Shown one piece after another: positions 40,301 through 54,070 of a stretch of 64,000 bases of DNA (position 1 is the first letter of the stretch; the number at the start of each line of letters is the position of its first letter). Under the pieces are notes generated by a model. The model was not told where the DNA came from. It made no database searches and saw only the letters and a program-made list of their open reading frames with translations. Both the position numbers and the translations under genes were made by a program. This DNA comes from Epiperipatus broadwayi (taxonomy: Eukaryota; Animalia; Onychophora): the NCBI GenBank assembly GCA_028023455.1, contig JAQFVV010000006.1, positions 186,001 through 250,000 on the forward strand, read 5' to 3'.

Positions 40301-41317
40301 CAAAATCTCCCAGCAGCCTCATTATGGACATGTGATGTTCTAGTGGTTTAGTAATAACTTTTCTTTATAAAAAGATGTGACATAATATAAAATGGCTTCT
40401 CTTTATACAAATAAGTCAGAGGCTTCTGGACATATACCATGTCTAGAAACAATGTTAGTCAAGTTAACCATTAGTGCTTCCTGAAATCTTTTTATATTAT
40501 TGTAAATCCAACCATTTCTCTCCATCTCTATTATCCTCTTAAAAATCTACAATTAGCAAATCATTCTACAAGCCCTACTATAACTGTTGTGCATCCTTTA
40601 TCATATTTTAATTAGACTATAATCAAAAATGGAAAAGAAATTTAATCCATTATGCTGTTATTTCATACAATTTTGAAGTAAATAATATAATAAAATATAC
40701 CATTATATAACAGCAATAATTCTATATATTTATCTCAAGAAAAATAAAGAAAAGGTTTTTTTGGTAAATATTTCATGCACTTCTCAATGTGATTGTAAAT
40801 TATTTTAACACACATAACAACATCTCTAGTTGTTTATATAAAATTCAGTAGAACCAATGATAATGGGGGGAAAAAACCCAATCCAAAACTTACAAATGTA
40901 ACGTACAAAAATAAAATTTATCAATTACACTATATATAACAATTATATAAAAAATATATGATATAAAGATGTATTACATAATTTGAACTAAACTGTTTAT
41001 TAGTTCCAATATCATAATCTCAGTTTTTATCATTAAAACTTAAACAACAAATCAAAAAATTTCTACTTCATTCACTATTTTCACTTTTATGTTTCCCTCC
41101 TAATTTTGATACAAATTATCCCAACTATGAAACTGCTACTGCAGCCCTCTAGTGGAAAAGTTCGATACCAATGTGACTTTTATGTATTGGTGATTTATAA
41201 TAAAAAAACTTCTTTTTCAAATGATGTATCAAAATCATATGAATGAATGAAATTAATAAACATGCATGTGTAGTAATAAATTTAATGATTTAAATTCAAC
41301 TGTAAATAAATAATGTA

Positions 41318-42224
41318 CAAGGAGGTACCCAAAATTAACCGGAAATTTACAATAAAAAATCGATTATTTATTTTTAAGGATTGTAAATTTATTCTCCTTC
41401 AAGGCATTGTCCATTTGATATAAGGCACTGGTCTAAACATATTTTCCACTTTTCGAAGTAGTCCGAAAATTCTTGCAAAGTGATTCCTTTTAACGCCTAT
41501 GCCTCATTTATCATTTCTAAATCCACAAAAAAAATTGGGGGGGGGGGGGGGCATTTTTTCATTTGAGAGAATAAAAAGAAGTTGCACATAATGAGATTGA
41601 GTAAATACAACCGAGCTCGGTCATGCTGAACATAATTAAAAATTGTTGCACATTTGCATTGATGCACTGATGCACAGTCATAGTGAAACGTGCACTCCTA
41701 ACTTTACCACAAAAAGAAAAGTTTACATTTTACTACATCACGCAAACATTTTCAGAACTTAAAATAAAATGCCTGACCATTATGAACTAATTCTGAGACA
41801 AAAATGTCATTTGTGTCAAAAAAATAAATAAAAAATCAGTATTGTCTTGATATTAGACTTCACCCACGATGCTTTTTGGGACATGGTGGATTTGACACTT
41901 CCATTAAACTACTTGTAAATTTCGGTTTTTCCAAAACAGCTTGCTTGTAATTTATTTCATGCATTACAGCTGTTTTCTCCGCCCGTTTCCCTAAAAGAAA
42001 ACAGAATTTCACATTGTTCCAACTTTTCAACTATTACAAAAAAAAAAAAAACATGAGATGCACTTTACAAAAAAATGTGCCATGTGGTACACAATTTCAC
42101 CTAGCGATATCATTTGGCAGATTGATGTAGAAGGGTCCCAGCTAGAGGTATGTCGCAGTAGAAGCATGTACTACAAGGCGCGCTTATCACAGAACAATTC
42201 CGGTTATTTTTGGATCCCCTCTCA
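41318..42224 (-). mobile_element. Internally deleted mariner element
   Basis: Imperfect TIRs (CAAGGAGGTACCCAAAATTAACCGGAA / TTCCGGTTATTTTTGGATCCCCTCTCA), TA flanks; minus strand shows N-terminal NVKFCFLLGK and C-terminal FEKWKICLDQCLISNGQCLEGE*. Confidence 0.85.
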
Positions 42225-43974
42225 TATATATATCATTAATTTATGCACATTACATTTGTACAACATTTTAAAGTGACAATTAATTTAGATAAAATGGATT
42301 TATAATTAATTTTATTAAATATAATGGAGATATTACTAAATTATAATGATGTTATCATATTGTTATATAAATGTTAATTTTAAGCTTTATCAATAATATT
42401 AGTACATATTTTCAGTCTTACATATTTATTAGTCGTAAATTTATAGGACTATTAAAATTATTAGACTATATATATAAAAAAGATTAAAAAGCTCATTTTA
42501 TGGGAAACATGAGTGGAGTTTTCGCAGGTGAAAAAGACCACATCTATATTATGAAATTATCTCAAAAACTATCTGAAAAAATGCATCATCGATTGATTTC
42601 ACAAAAGATATTACCAAGGATCAAATACAATGGAAATTTAGTTAGGCAAGGTATTGACACTTTTCCGAAAGAAAAGTTTGCCACAGCCATAATTAAACGG
42701 TGGTACTCTTAATTGTCAAATATTAGACTAATGAATATTTTGTGATATATTGGAAAATATGTGGACATCAGTTATCACAAAACTCCTTTTTAAATTTCTT
42801 TATTCTTTTCCATATCTCAATTTATCTATATTTTTCTGCATTTCTGATGATCATATTCATTTGCATATGGCTCCTTGTAAATGAGTATATTTACAAAAGC
42901 TGGAAGGGTTTTGGGTTTTTTTTTTTCTTTAACAAAAGTAGTCTTCAATCCTTAAAAATTTGAAACTATTGCTCAATATAATGTCTTTGCTTGGAATTTA
43001 ATTATCACTAATGCAAGCAAACCGTACTTCTTACATGATACACAAAAATTATAATTTGACTGCTTTATCTTACAAATATGGTATGATTAACTTAACCCAT
43101 TATGTGATTAATGCATTCAAAGCCCTATTTTATGCTATTATTGAGGTAATGTGATATAAAGTGGTTTCTCCTCAAATAGTCAGCAATTTCAGTGCATATG
43201 CATAAAAACCTATCTAGCTATATTAAAGTGATCTCTAAAATAATTATCGGTAGCAGCAGCAAACACTTCCAATCAAATGTGGTCCTTCAAACTCTAAGGG
43301 GAAAAATACAGAAATAATAATTATAATATATTAGAAGTAAGCTTCATATTGATTACACAAACCAACCCGTGAACCACAAATATATCCCCATATAAAACAA
43401 GCTGTTTCATTATTCAGTCTTTTAATTTTTGCAAAAAAATATTTCCTTTTATGATTTTTTTTGTATTGATATACTCTAAAGTGGCTCTAGACTTTATATT
43501 TTTTGGCTAGACTGGTTGAGTTGTGAATTTGGGATAATTTAGATTATTTTACCAACTAGTTTAAATTTAGGGGTTTAATGGTATAAACTGTATACAGAAA
43601 GTATTTATATATAAACAAAACCATGGATAACAAAATAAATGCTTATTTACACTTTTAGCAAAGTTTGTGTTTACAATGAAAGTATAAAAGATCTTTTTTG
43701 AAATCCAAAAAATTCACAAATCCAAAAAAAAAGGAATGGAAGCAAGGATTTTCAGATTGATGCCATTTTACCTTAATTGTAATAAGAACTTCCAATTTGT
43801 AAATAATTATAATGAAGATATATAAATAGTCAAAATGAGAATCATAGATCAGATGACCCAATTCTCTTAAGCTTGTAAGATATAAACACCGAGCATTGCC
43901 AATTGCTCAACAAGCTTTGTGATAAATGTTTAGCCAAAGAAAGCATTTAAAACATCTCTGCCAGGAACACCCCC

Positions 43975-44060
43975 ACTAACCTCTGACCATGGTTTCGTGC
44001 TTTGGCATTCCTCAGAGGCGCTAGAGTAGCTTCAGACACTAGATCTAAAAATACCCAGCC
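43975..44060 (-). mobile_element. Hammerhead-bearing repeat, second subfamily
   Basis: Minus strand reads gcgcct-CTGAGGA-atgccaaagcac-GAAAC-CATG-GTC-agaggt, preceded by the family motif ttttAGATCTag. Confidence 0.6.
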
Positions 44061-44237
44061 CAAAGCCAGCATTTATCTAAAAGTTATCTATTGAGTGGAA
44101 AATATGAAATTTTCAGACACCTACATGTATATAAATGTCTAAAATTCATAGCAAAATACCAATCACAACTATGTGAAGCCTATATACAATCTAAGTACAT
44201 AAAACCAATTTCAATCATGAATTTTAAGATATCCTAC

Positions 44238-44346
44238 CTGATTCTTCTGCTGCAAATCCCATAACAACACAATATAACCAAAAATCTCGAAAAAGTTTAT
44301 GCATCCGGGGTTTGGGTTTTTTGATAGGAGGAAGTCGACGAATCAA
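44238..44346 (-). CDS. PI4KA: PI4KA exon (109 nt): [36 protein letters not shown]+G
   Basis: Acceptor ttttttctag, donor gtagga; conserved RRLPPI and KLFRDFWLY. Confidence 0.97.
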
Positions 44347-44479
44347 CTAGAAAAAAAGGAAACAACTTTGAATTAACAATAACACAAACAGTTATTTTTA
44401 GTCTATTCCAAAAAAAATAGCCTAATCGTAACATTTTGCTAAAAACAGTTATATTTATTCAAAATATTTATTTTAATTT

Positions 44480-45500
44480 AAAGCTCTGATTTTATACCGA
44501 TTTCAAATATTCTATAGGACACTGAACAACTAATTGGTTCTTTATATTATTTCCATAAATATAATATATTCTTCTTCAATATTTTTGTAGCAATCCATGT
44601 TATATATCATATACCTATTGCTTACTTCCCCTTAAAATTTACTGAGAATGATTCCTTCTGTCCGAGTCAAAACAAAAATTTGTAGCTATTACAATATTCT
44701 TTTTATAAAGGCATTTAGCATACATTGGAATAGGAATTCACTCTCTAAAATTGAGTTCTTTCACTCTGAAAGCACGTAAATTCTTCAATACTTGAAATCT
44801 GACCAAATGTTGGGGCACACATTTCAATGCCACTATTATATAAAATCCAACTATTCTTCTCAATTGTTAATTACATTTCTCTTCAAAAAAAAAAAAACAA
44901 CAGATAATAAAATTCTCCTTTTCTCCCCCTACATAATATATCAATAATAGTAAGTCATTTAACTTTTACATCCATCTCAATCGGAACTGCTCTAGACATA
45001 CTTAAAGATCAGTAATAGACTATGTCACAGCAAAGTCTGATCACTACGATTAATAAATTTTGATGTTTTTAATCAAATTAAATCTTAATGCCCTAACTTA
45101 TTTTTTCTGAGATATAAAGGATATTATAGACATATAGATCCAGCGTATTGGAGAGAAGGTGAAGCAATAAACCACTTATTAAATCAAAGCCCTGCTCTCC
45201 AGACTACGTTTATGAGGTATTTTACCATTACTTGATAACTTTTCTTTTTGGGGGTGGGAGGATTCTTCTTGTTATTTCTCTTACCACTTTCATTCCTATA
45301 TATGCTAGATGCACATTTATATAAAAACAAAACTCATGAAGGCATCCAAACACAATTGTTAATAAGATTGTGTTTGTGTAATAGGATTTGGGTAGAATGA
45401 GACTATAAGTGGAACTTTCCTTCCCTGATAGACTTTGAAACAATAGCTGGTTTTCTTTTTCCATCAAACAACTTTTCTATTCTGTCGACATATCTTTACT
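44480..45500 (-). mobile_element. Decayed LINE reverse-transcriptase remnant
   Basis: Degenerate FKY(L)GS-like segment near 44980-45010 and strand skew; heavily mutated. Confidence 0.35.
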
Positions 45501-46231
45501 ATAATCACTGAATATAAACAAAACTTGTCATGTTTTATTTTTCTGCAGTCTACAATATATTCAGGGTAGCCAACATTTTATAAAAAAATGCACCAATTTT
45601 TTCATGCATGAATTCATATGTGTCATACAACTTTTGCATGTTCTGTATAAAATATAGTACATTATGGCATACTATAATTTATTTTTCATAATCTACTAAG
45701 AAAATATTTAAAGTCTAAATATTGCTAACTTTAATGAGACTTCAGAGTCTGTTTTGTTTTCACCAGATATTTAATTTTTGGACTGTGTATGTTAATTAAT
45801 GAAAGAAGATCATTTTTCAAACGTGAATCCATAAATCAACACTGCCTTTTATTTTTTTAATCCAACACCAAGATTTACAAAGGAAGGACAATGGGCAATT
45901 GCAAGATAAAAGTTAAAAACTATTAGCGATACGCTATGGATTGCTCACCTCAATACTAGACAAATGTCTGACACGAAGAGGCTAACTGAATTTGAAATAT
46001 TTTTTAAAATTTGACTCATTAAATTCTTTTGATTACTTTATGCGATTTAGGCTTATTTTTTATTTTTATGATCAGGGATCCAATGCCAAAGCTTTAATCT
46101 CACAATGCACCATAGATTGGCCACCACTAACATACAATAAAATTATTGTTGAAAGATAATAAAATGAATAATCAAAAATAACCTATTAGAAAAATAAATG
46201 TAATATTGTAAAACATTAAAATAAAACTTAC

Positions 46232-46282
46232 TACTGCTATTACAGGGATCAACACGCCTAAATTACCAGCACTGCTAGACGC
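46232..46282 (-). CDS. PI4KA: PI4KA exon (51 nt): ASSSAGNLGVLIPVIAV
   Basis: Acceptor tttttgcag, donor gtaagt; identical to the recalled conserved peptide; phase 0/0. Confidence 0.96.
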
Positions 46283-48680
46283 CTGCAAAAAATAAACATT
46301 TTTGCGATCATACTTTTGGTATGCTTTGTAAAAAAAAAAAAATTAATTTATAAAAACATACATTTATATAATAACAATTCCATAATTACAGTAAATTACT
46401 TCAAAATCAACAAACCAAAAATTTGAAATTATAAATATGAAAAGGATTAAATATCTCTCGATTGCTTCTTTAATTGAATATCAAAATAATCTAAATAAAT
46501 AACAATGAAATTATTTAACAACCAATATTATAATACTTAATACAAAAAAAAAAAACTCCTATTTTGTTAAGGTCTCTTGATTCTATTTCATATGATTATA
46601 AACTATTATATATAATGAGCCTAGATTTTGTTCCCTGAATTACAATTCTTTATTTTTCTTCTCTCATATAACATTTCATAATAAAATAATCTATTTAAAT
46701 GTTTCTCAATCGTTGATCCATGGACTGAAGCAAAAAAAAATGATAGGTTAACAAAAATACTTTTTTATAATGTATGCAATAACAAAAATAGCATTAAATC
46801 TACTGTACGGAGAATTTTGCCACTAAATTTTAAGCATTTTATTAATTTATTTACTATTTATTATGTACTTAGTAAATTAAAATGCAAGTATAACACACTA
46901 TATTCATATCAAATTCAATTTACTTGTATACTTTTATATTGCCATGGCCACATGAAAACTCATATGACTTTTCGGACTGCTCTAATATAAAGCGCCAACA
47001 GTAATTGGATATACAATGCAATGAAATTACACACTAACATAATATTAATAATATTCCAATAATCTGAAAGCAATATATATATATATAGATACTTAAAAGA
47101 ATTCTTTTTTTATATATTTTCTGAAACACAAAGTGCCCTTTTATGAGTTTTTTTTTTTTTAATTTTAAAAATAATATTTTTAAATTACTAACAAATTTAT
47201 TTTGCTAATGTTTTTTATATGATGCATCTAAATACTTGGATAATTACTTAATAATGTTTATAGTAATGAATATTTACTGGTGATTTGAGAAGAAAGTTGT
47301 AATAAATAGTCATCACCATCATCATCATTAGCACCCACATATATGAGTGACTTCCTAATTCCATAAAAAAAAAAAAAATTAAACATAGATTTGAGGTCAT
47401 AGTACAAACCAAAATATGAACTACAAATAAGTCACATATTTCTCAAATTCATAAATGATCATTAAGTAATGTTTTTTTTTTTTTGGTATGTCTGTTCACT
47501 GAAACCTAATTCTTTTTTTGAACTGACAATAATTTTAAAATAAATTTAGAAAAGATCTGATGAAGACCGCAGATCAGTTGAAACTGTTATTGAAATAAAA
47601 TTAAAGATAATAAAAAGCATTTTATTCACATGCATAGACGTGGCTTTTCAAAACTGTATTAAAATAGTTCTTATTTTAACATCTTCTAATGATATCTTTT
47701 AACCTCTTCCAAACTTTTTTCTTGAAAAATTTTAAAACCATAACTATTTCTAACGCATGTTAGAATTCAGTCTTCATTTATCTTCTCAATGAGAATGATA
47801 AATATTGCAACTTTTTAGTATATTTGATCAATTTTCATATTGTAAAAAGGATCAACATCTCCATTGGAAGCCATAATCAAATTAACTATAATATACTTTT
47901 TTAAAATTAATATTTTTTACATGCCCAATCCAATTATGCCTTCAAATTTGTGAATTCAAACAAGCAGAAGAATCTATCGATTAGATCATATTGTGAGAAT
48001 TTACTATGACCAATTTATGCATCACACAAGAAGTTTCTGTAAAATCTGATCAAGTAATAATTCATTTTCTTGTTATCCATTAGTATTCTCAAAAATCTTT
48101 ACCAATATTATATCAAGTGACAAAAATTTTCACTATTGTTAAATTAATGTGGTTTCTAATAATAACAAACTATTTATTTCTTTAGTTTAAACAGTATATG
48201 TCAAAACATGTTGCTCTCTACTCTAATGCCATCGGTAGCAATGACTAATTAATGATTCCAGATAGTAAGGCATTTTTTTATCCCCATAGCCATATCTGTT
48301 ACTGGCTTTTGCCTTTATCAATGAAGAGAATTTGTAAGTAACGTAAATTATGCACTAAATGTCTGGACATCTGTGTGCAAACTTTAGATGGCGTCCCTAT
48401 ACATCCCCCCCCCCCCCAAATAAAAAAATCCTTATATAAAAATTTATCAATGAGTAAAAATTAAATATGAAATGTATTAATTATAAGTTTATTATGGAAA
48501 AACAGAAATAAACATCACACGATCACTATTTTTGAGTGACAATACTACAAAAAGGACATAAAAACAAAAATAAATTAAACAAAATAATTTATGTTATTTG
48601 GCAAGAAAATCATTTGCAAATTGCATCTTATATTGTTTTATGCAAATTATGAGATAAATTTAGTTTTATAAAAACAAAAA

Positions 48681-49520
48681 TATATTTGGAAGTAAATCTA
48701 CCTTCATACATGCACTGTATTAATATAATTGAAACACAGTCATTTGTAAGCAAAAATTCCAAAGAACAAGTGAATTCATTTGTCCTCTAAGCTTATCTAT
48801 ATAAACCAATCTTTGCTTACCATGTATTATTCAGGACTTGAATCCATTATATGCTTGATTTTTCTAAAATGATGTTCAAATTGTACAAACATAACTCAAA
48901 TATTACAGGAGAGAGAATTTATTTTATTTTTAACCACCTGCAATTAATGTATAATAATTTAGAATCTAAATACATTGATAAATATTTATTTTTATACAAT
49001 GCCGTATTTATCGTAATATATTCAGAAATAAATCAATCTTCACATGTGCGGTTTTAATACAATTGACACACACTCACCCATAAACAAAAATTTCAAAGAA
49101 CAATGCAAGTGTGAAGATTGATTTACTTCTGAATATATTGCAATAAATACGGCCTGTATAAAAATAAATATTTATCAATGAATTTAGATTCTAAATTATT
49201 ATATGTTAAATGCAGGTGGTTAAAAATAAGATAAATTCTCTTTCATGTAATGTTTGAATTACGTTTGTACAACATTGTTTTTTAAAAAGATCAGGCATAT
49301 AATAGACTCAAACCCTGAATAATGCACCATAAACAAAGGTTGGCTTACATATAGTTAAGCTTGAAGGACAAGTGAATTCACTTGTTCTTTGAAATCTTTG
49401 CTTACAACTGAGTGCGTGTCAATTATATTAAAACAGCGCATGTGTGAAGATTGATTTACTTCCAAATATATTACAATAAATATGGCACTGTATAAAATAA
49501 TTATTTATCAATGTATGTAA
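48681..49520. repeat. ~335-bp tandem unit array whose right half is inverted
   Basis: Unit starts at 48681 and 49017 on plus; reverse-complement units start at 49110 and 49442. Confidence 0.85.
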
Positions 49521-49779
49521 AAACAAAAATATAAAATATTTTTTGATACAAAATTCAACTATATTTTATTTGGCAAAAAAAAAAAACCACTTTGAAATTT
49601 GTACTTTGTATAGATATAAATAAAAAAACAGATAAATTTATAAAAATATAAAATAGAAACACAATGAACATTGTTGGGTAAAGAAATAGGGAAAATAAAT
49701 ATTTAAGTAGAAAAGAATTCACTTAATGAATTAAACTTTTCTAGTTTTTATTAATGAAATTTCTCAAATAATATTATGT

Positions 49780-52000
49780 ATATCAAATTGATCCAAAATA
49801 TCTGACTCTATGATATAATGGCAAGATTTCAAGGTCTGTCTTGCACCATTGTGGAGCACAAAAAGTTTGTAATAATTTTAAGTTTAGAAAAGAATCGTTC
49901 TACAGATGTTATAGATACCTGTAATGACAAAAGAAACCGAAGAAGTATGGATAAACAATTATAACTCATTTGAATAAATATATTGAATTATCTGATATAT
50001 ATATATATTGATTTTAAAATTAGAATTAAATGATTGGCAACATAAAATTTCTTTGCATAAATTGTCTGTGTCAATGTCAGAATGCTTCTCATGTTAATTT
50101 TTGTTTAACGTTGTAGTATTTGTTTAAAAATATTTAAAAAAAAATAAGAATGAGAGAAAGGAAATATTTTCAGTTAAATAATTATAATGAAAATAATCAT
50201 AATTAAAAACAAAAACTGCAGAGATTAGATTTTAAGAACAATAAAAACAGGTTTGAAAAACATGTGATAAAGACTTTGGAGATATGTAGCTGATAAGGAA
50301 AAAAACACAGGGGGACTATATAAACTGCAAGTGGAAAATACTGTGCACTTATTTTTAGTTTGTTCGTGCACCAGCAGTGTTGGACACGTGAATCAAGCAA
50401 TTAGAATTGTTTCATCACAACAGTTGAATAATTTGTCGTTGGCTGTTTATCCAAGTCTCATATATATGTATACATAGTTTCTTCACGTTTGGAGGTTATA
50501 TAATGGATTGTATGTAGTTTGTCCCCCCTCATCTGATGACTTAGGGGTGAAGACATTACAAATGTGTTACAAGAAGATAATAAATATTATTATTTTATAA
50601 AGCACATAACAAATACAAAATTTGAAATGAATTCATGTTCTTTTAACAAAGTAAATCTTTCTTGAAAAGGTTTTAATGCAAATATTACGTGGAGAAAAAA
50701 TTTACTTTAAATGAAATTTTAGGATTTATTATATTTTCATTTTCAAGTTTGTAATCAAATTGTGTTGTCTTTTTATATCGCTTCTGCGTGAAATTTTGCT
50801 GCAATTAATTTTGAGCTTTCGACAATTTCTTTGACATTTTCATAAGATCTATATTTATTTAAAAATTGATTTAAATCATTCAGTGCATCTAAAACAAGTA
50901 GGAGATTCACAGATGAAGACTGAATTATTTTGCTACCAAAATTCACTTTATTTAAAATAAACCGAACTCTAATACAGTAAATAAATGTAAATATAGCAAT
51001 TTTTTCATCTAGACATTTTACCTGATACTTGGATTGTTTGTCCAATTTTGAAGTCATTACAAGTTTCAAACAAAGCATGATACACTTCAGGTAAATATTT
51101 ATAAACAGATTTTATGATATCAATTCTGCGTGATTATAATATTTCAGACAATGGCTTTAAGGTTAAATCAATTATATGAGTAATTAAAGTATTCCATCAT
51201 TAAATAGAAGTAAAATATATATATAACTCTTATTCTATATTAACGAAATCAATAGTTTCATGATTGGTATTCGTAGTGTCATTTACTTTCAGGTTTGGAC
51301 TATGATTTGAAAATGGGACATAAAATGCACGGGGATTTAAATCTAAAATTCTTTTTTGTAACCTATATTTTTACCGCGCATATTAGTCACTATCATAACC
51401 ATGACTCTTAAGTTATTTCTGTCTGAATTTAATTTTTTTAATAAATCAATAAGAAGTATTATTAATTCAGCCCCTGTAGCATCTAAAATTGGACAGAATG
51501 CTAAAAAGTGTTCATGTATTTCAACACTTTTTATTTTCTAAATTGAAATGAATGAATCTTACAATCACACTTATATGTTCAATACAAGTTGTGGTCGGAG
51601 TACAATCTAAAATAATTGAAAAATATTTGCTTTGTTGACACAAGTTAATATTATTTTTAATAACTGATGCCTTAATAAAATATTTCATTATGAATTTTAT
51701 TTCCTAAACAGGAGGCATATTTTTAAAGTCAGAATCATTAGCGAGTGGTCATGTGTTCTATATAAAAAGTTCAAGCTTTTCTAACAGCGCAATGCATTTT
51801 AAAAATTTGCTATTGTTACGATAGTAAAGTTTATTACTTTTACCGTCAAGAGCTATTTTGTTTGCTTAAAAACTGTAGTACAAAAATGATTCTTTTTGTA
51901 ATTTTATTATCCTGGTACGTATGTGCATCGTACACATTGCACATTATTCTGGCATGCCCCTGGTTATGCAGTTCCTTTTTATTCTATTTTATTATTCAAG
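49780..52000 (-). mobile_element. Decayed hAT transposase (ZMYM1/Ac-like)
   Basis: Minus strand: LTLKPLSE (~51130-51160), VNFGSKIIQSSSVNL...LNQFLNKYR (ORF 50773..51078), and dimerisation motif VSITSVERFFSKLKII...STMVQDR (~49830-49930), with stops. Confidence 0.8.
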
Positions 52001-52673
52001 ACAAAAGCATGAAATTCAAACCACCCTAAAATTTTGAACCGAGCCAACCAACCTGAACATTTACAAAGATCTGATTCCAGATCATTAACTATTTATTTCA
52101 GTACCTTCAATTCCTTATTAACTATACATATTACTTTATTCTGGCTTGTCCGATGAGAAGAGCTTTATTCATAACTACTACATTATTATCAGATGTTAAC
52201 ATGTAGAAGGTAATGAATTTTCAAATTTATTTTTCTTGTCAAAGGAAGTAAATAATGGTGGTTAAATCTTTATTGAGGATAATAAATTAATTTTTTAAAA
52301 ATTCTTATGTTGCAATGAAAAGATAAAAATTCTTTTAACTACCTTTAATTTACTATAATAACTCTTAACATTAAAATGTAATAAATTAAAGACAGTACTA
52401 ATATCACATATTAAGAAAAAACATTGAAAATATTAAATACTATTTTAAAATGCATCAGCCAAACGCATTAAGGACAAATAGAACATTATCAATGCTTTCT
52501 CTGAATTTACAGCATTGGTAACATCTTTAATTTATTACGTTTAAAATCACATAATGCACCTGATTTATTTTATCTGAAGTCCGACAAGAATTTGTTTCAC
52601 AAAAATAAAATCTATAAACACATATATACATAGAACACCAGTTATGCAGCAGACAGTCATATATTAAACTGAC

Positions 52674-52827
52674 CTTGAGTGGGGCTTTCTCGCTAGCCCT
52701 TTTCCCTTCCAAGCCAAGTTGAACAAAAAGTTCCAACAGTCGAACTAAAACATCATGCATTTCGGCCTCACCTTGCAGATTAGCAGCAATATTAGCTAAA
52801 GCATTGATAACAGCAAGAGATACGTGC
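52674..52827 (-). CDS. PI4KA: PI4KA exon (154 nt): (R)[51 protein letters not shown]
   Basis: Acceptor cttcctcag, donor gtcagt; conserved [17 protein letters not shown]; overlaps track ORF 52527..52760. Confidence 0.97.
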
Positions 52828-53689
52828 CTGAGGAAGATGGAAAAAAAAAAAAAAATGAAAGAGCTGAATATAAATAGAATTTACAAAATTAAATTTTCTT
52901 ATTTAATAATACTTAATAAAAGTTAATCCCCCCCCCCCCATTAATAATATTTCAGTTTCAGTTAACACCAATATATATATATTAGAACAGAAATTTTCAT
53001 GGGGTACAGATATGAATGACATATTATCAGGATTCATTTGTGTAGGTTCATAGTATTATCCTACTGATATTTCGTCTGAATCATATCCATCAACTGGGTA
53101 ATGAATGTTATTATAAAAATTATTGTAGAGATGCTGTGAGCATTGATGTATAACAAGATTAAAAGTTCGACCAACAGAAAAAACAATATATATACAAAAA
53201 AACGTCAAAACAGATTAATAGATTTAAAAAATCTTTCGAATGGAAACATGTATCATCACATTTGTTGCTAGAATCTGGGCTTTTAATAGACTCAATGGTT
53301 TCTCTGATTTTTCTTTGGTGAAGAATGTCACATCTGTCATTGGATCCTGGTGTTTGGAAAATCTATATTATGAGCAATATCTAATACTATTACACCCCCA
53401 TCTTTATATTTTTATAATTTTTTTTGTTTTCTATTAGTTGAACTTTTAAATCTACTATATATCTTTGCTTACAGTGCCTCTACAATAATTTTTATAATAA
53501 CATTTAGTACCCAATTGTTAGCTAGGTGCGATCCGGACAAAACGATGGTATGTTACTAACTATGAATCATAAATGGATGATTCCGGATAAATCATTTATA
53601 CATATAAATAGTATAAAGATTTTAAACACTATTTCAAATATACACTTTGAGATTATTCACTCCACTTAAAATGCAAAATTGGCAAACCA

Positions 53690-54070
53690 TAGTCTCTTTA
53701 AGTGTGCTAAAGACTATAATTAACCAAAATATATCTGTAGTGTGAGACGACTGTGGATATTTGATTTTTGGGTGGTTCTTTTTCTTGATAAGTTTATTTT
53801 ACTCTTGTAAATATATCTGGAATCGCCTTCATCTTTCAGTTTTTCCAGTGATAATATTTCACATTACTATATATTTAATCTTCCCTTGCAATGTCATATT
53901 CTTCAGATTATCCCTAACCCAATAATTTACCATCAACCTTGCATTTATTCTTACTTTTATTCCCCATTGGATTACTAATTGGGATTAGTGAAGAATCTCG
54001 AATGTAGTTTTCTTCTTATCAGATGCTATGACAGATCTTCTCCAGTCATTGTAACAATGATGAATTAAAA
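53690..54070 (-). mobile_element. Decayed RTE-like LINE 3' fragment
   Basis: Purine-rich minus strand with RTE-like C-terminal wording; no intact motif. Confidence 0.3.

Noticed and set aside
42500-42712. 70-aa plus-strand ORF next to the mariner
   Set aside because: No recognisable motif; short; may be an unidentified TE fragment
44228-44237. U12-type (minor) intron at the gtaggatat donor
   Set aside because: Does not match GTATCCTT; all donors fit U2-type GT
49110-49150. Hammerhead-like reading of GTGAAGA...TGAAT in the 335-bp unit
   Set aside because: The core deviates at several invariant positions and no stems form
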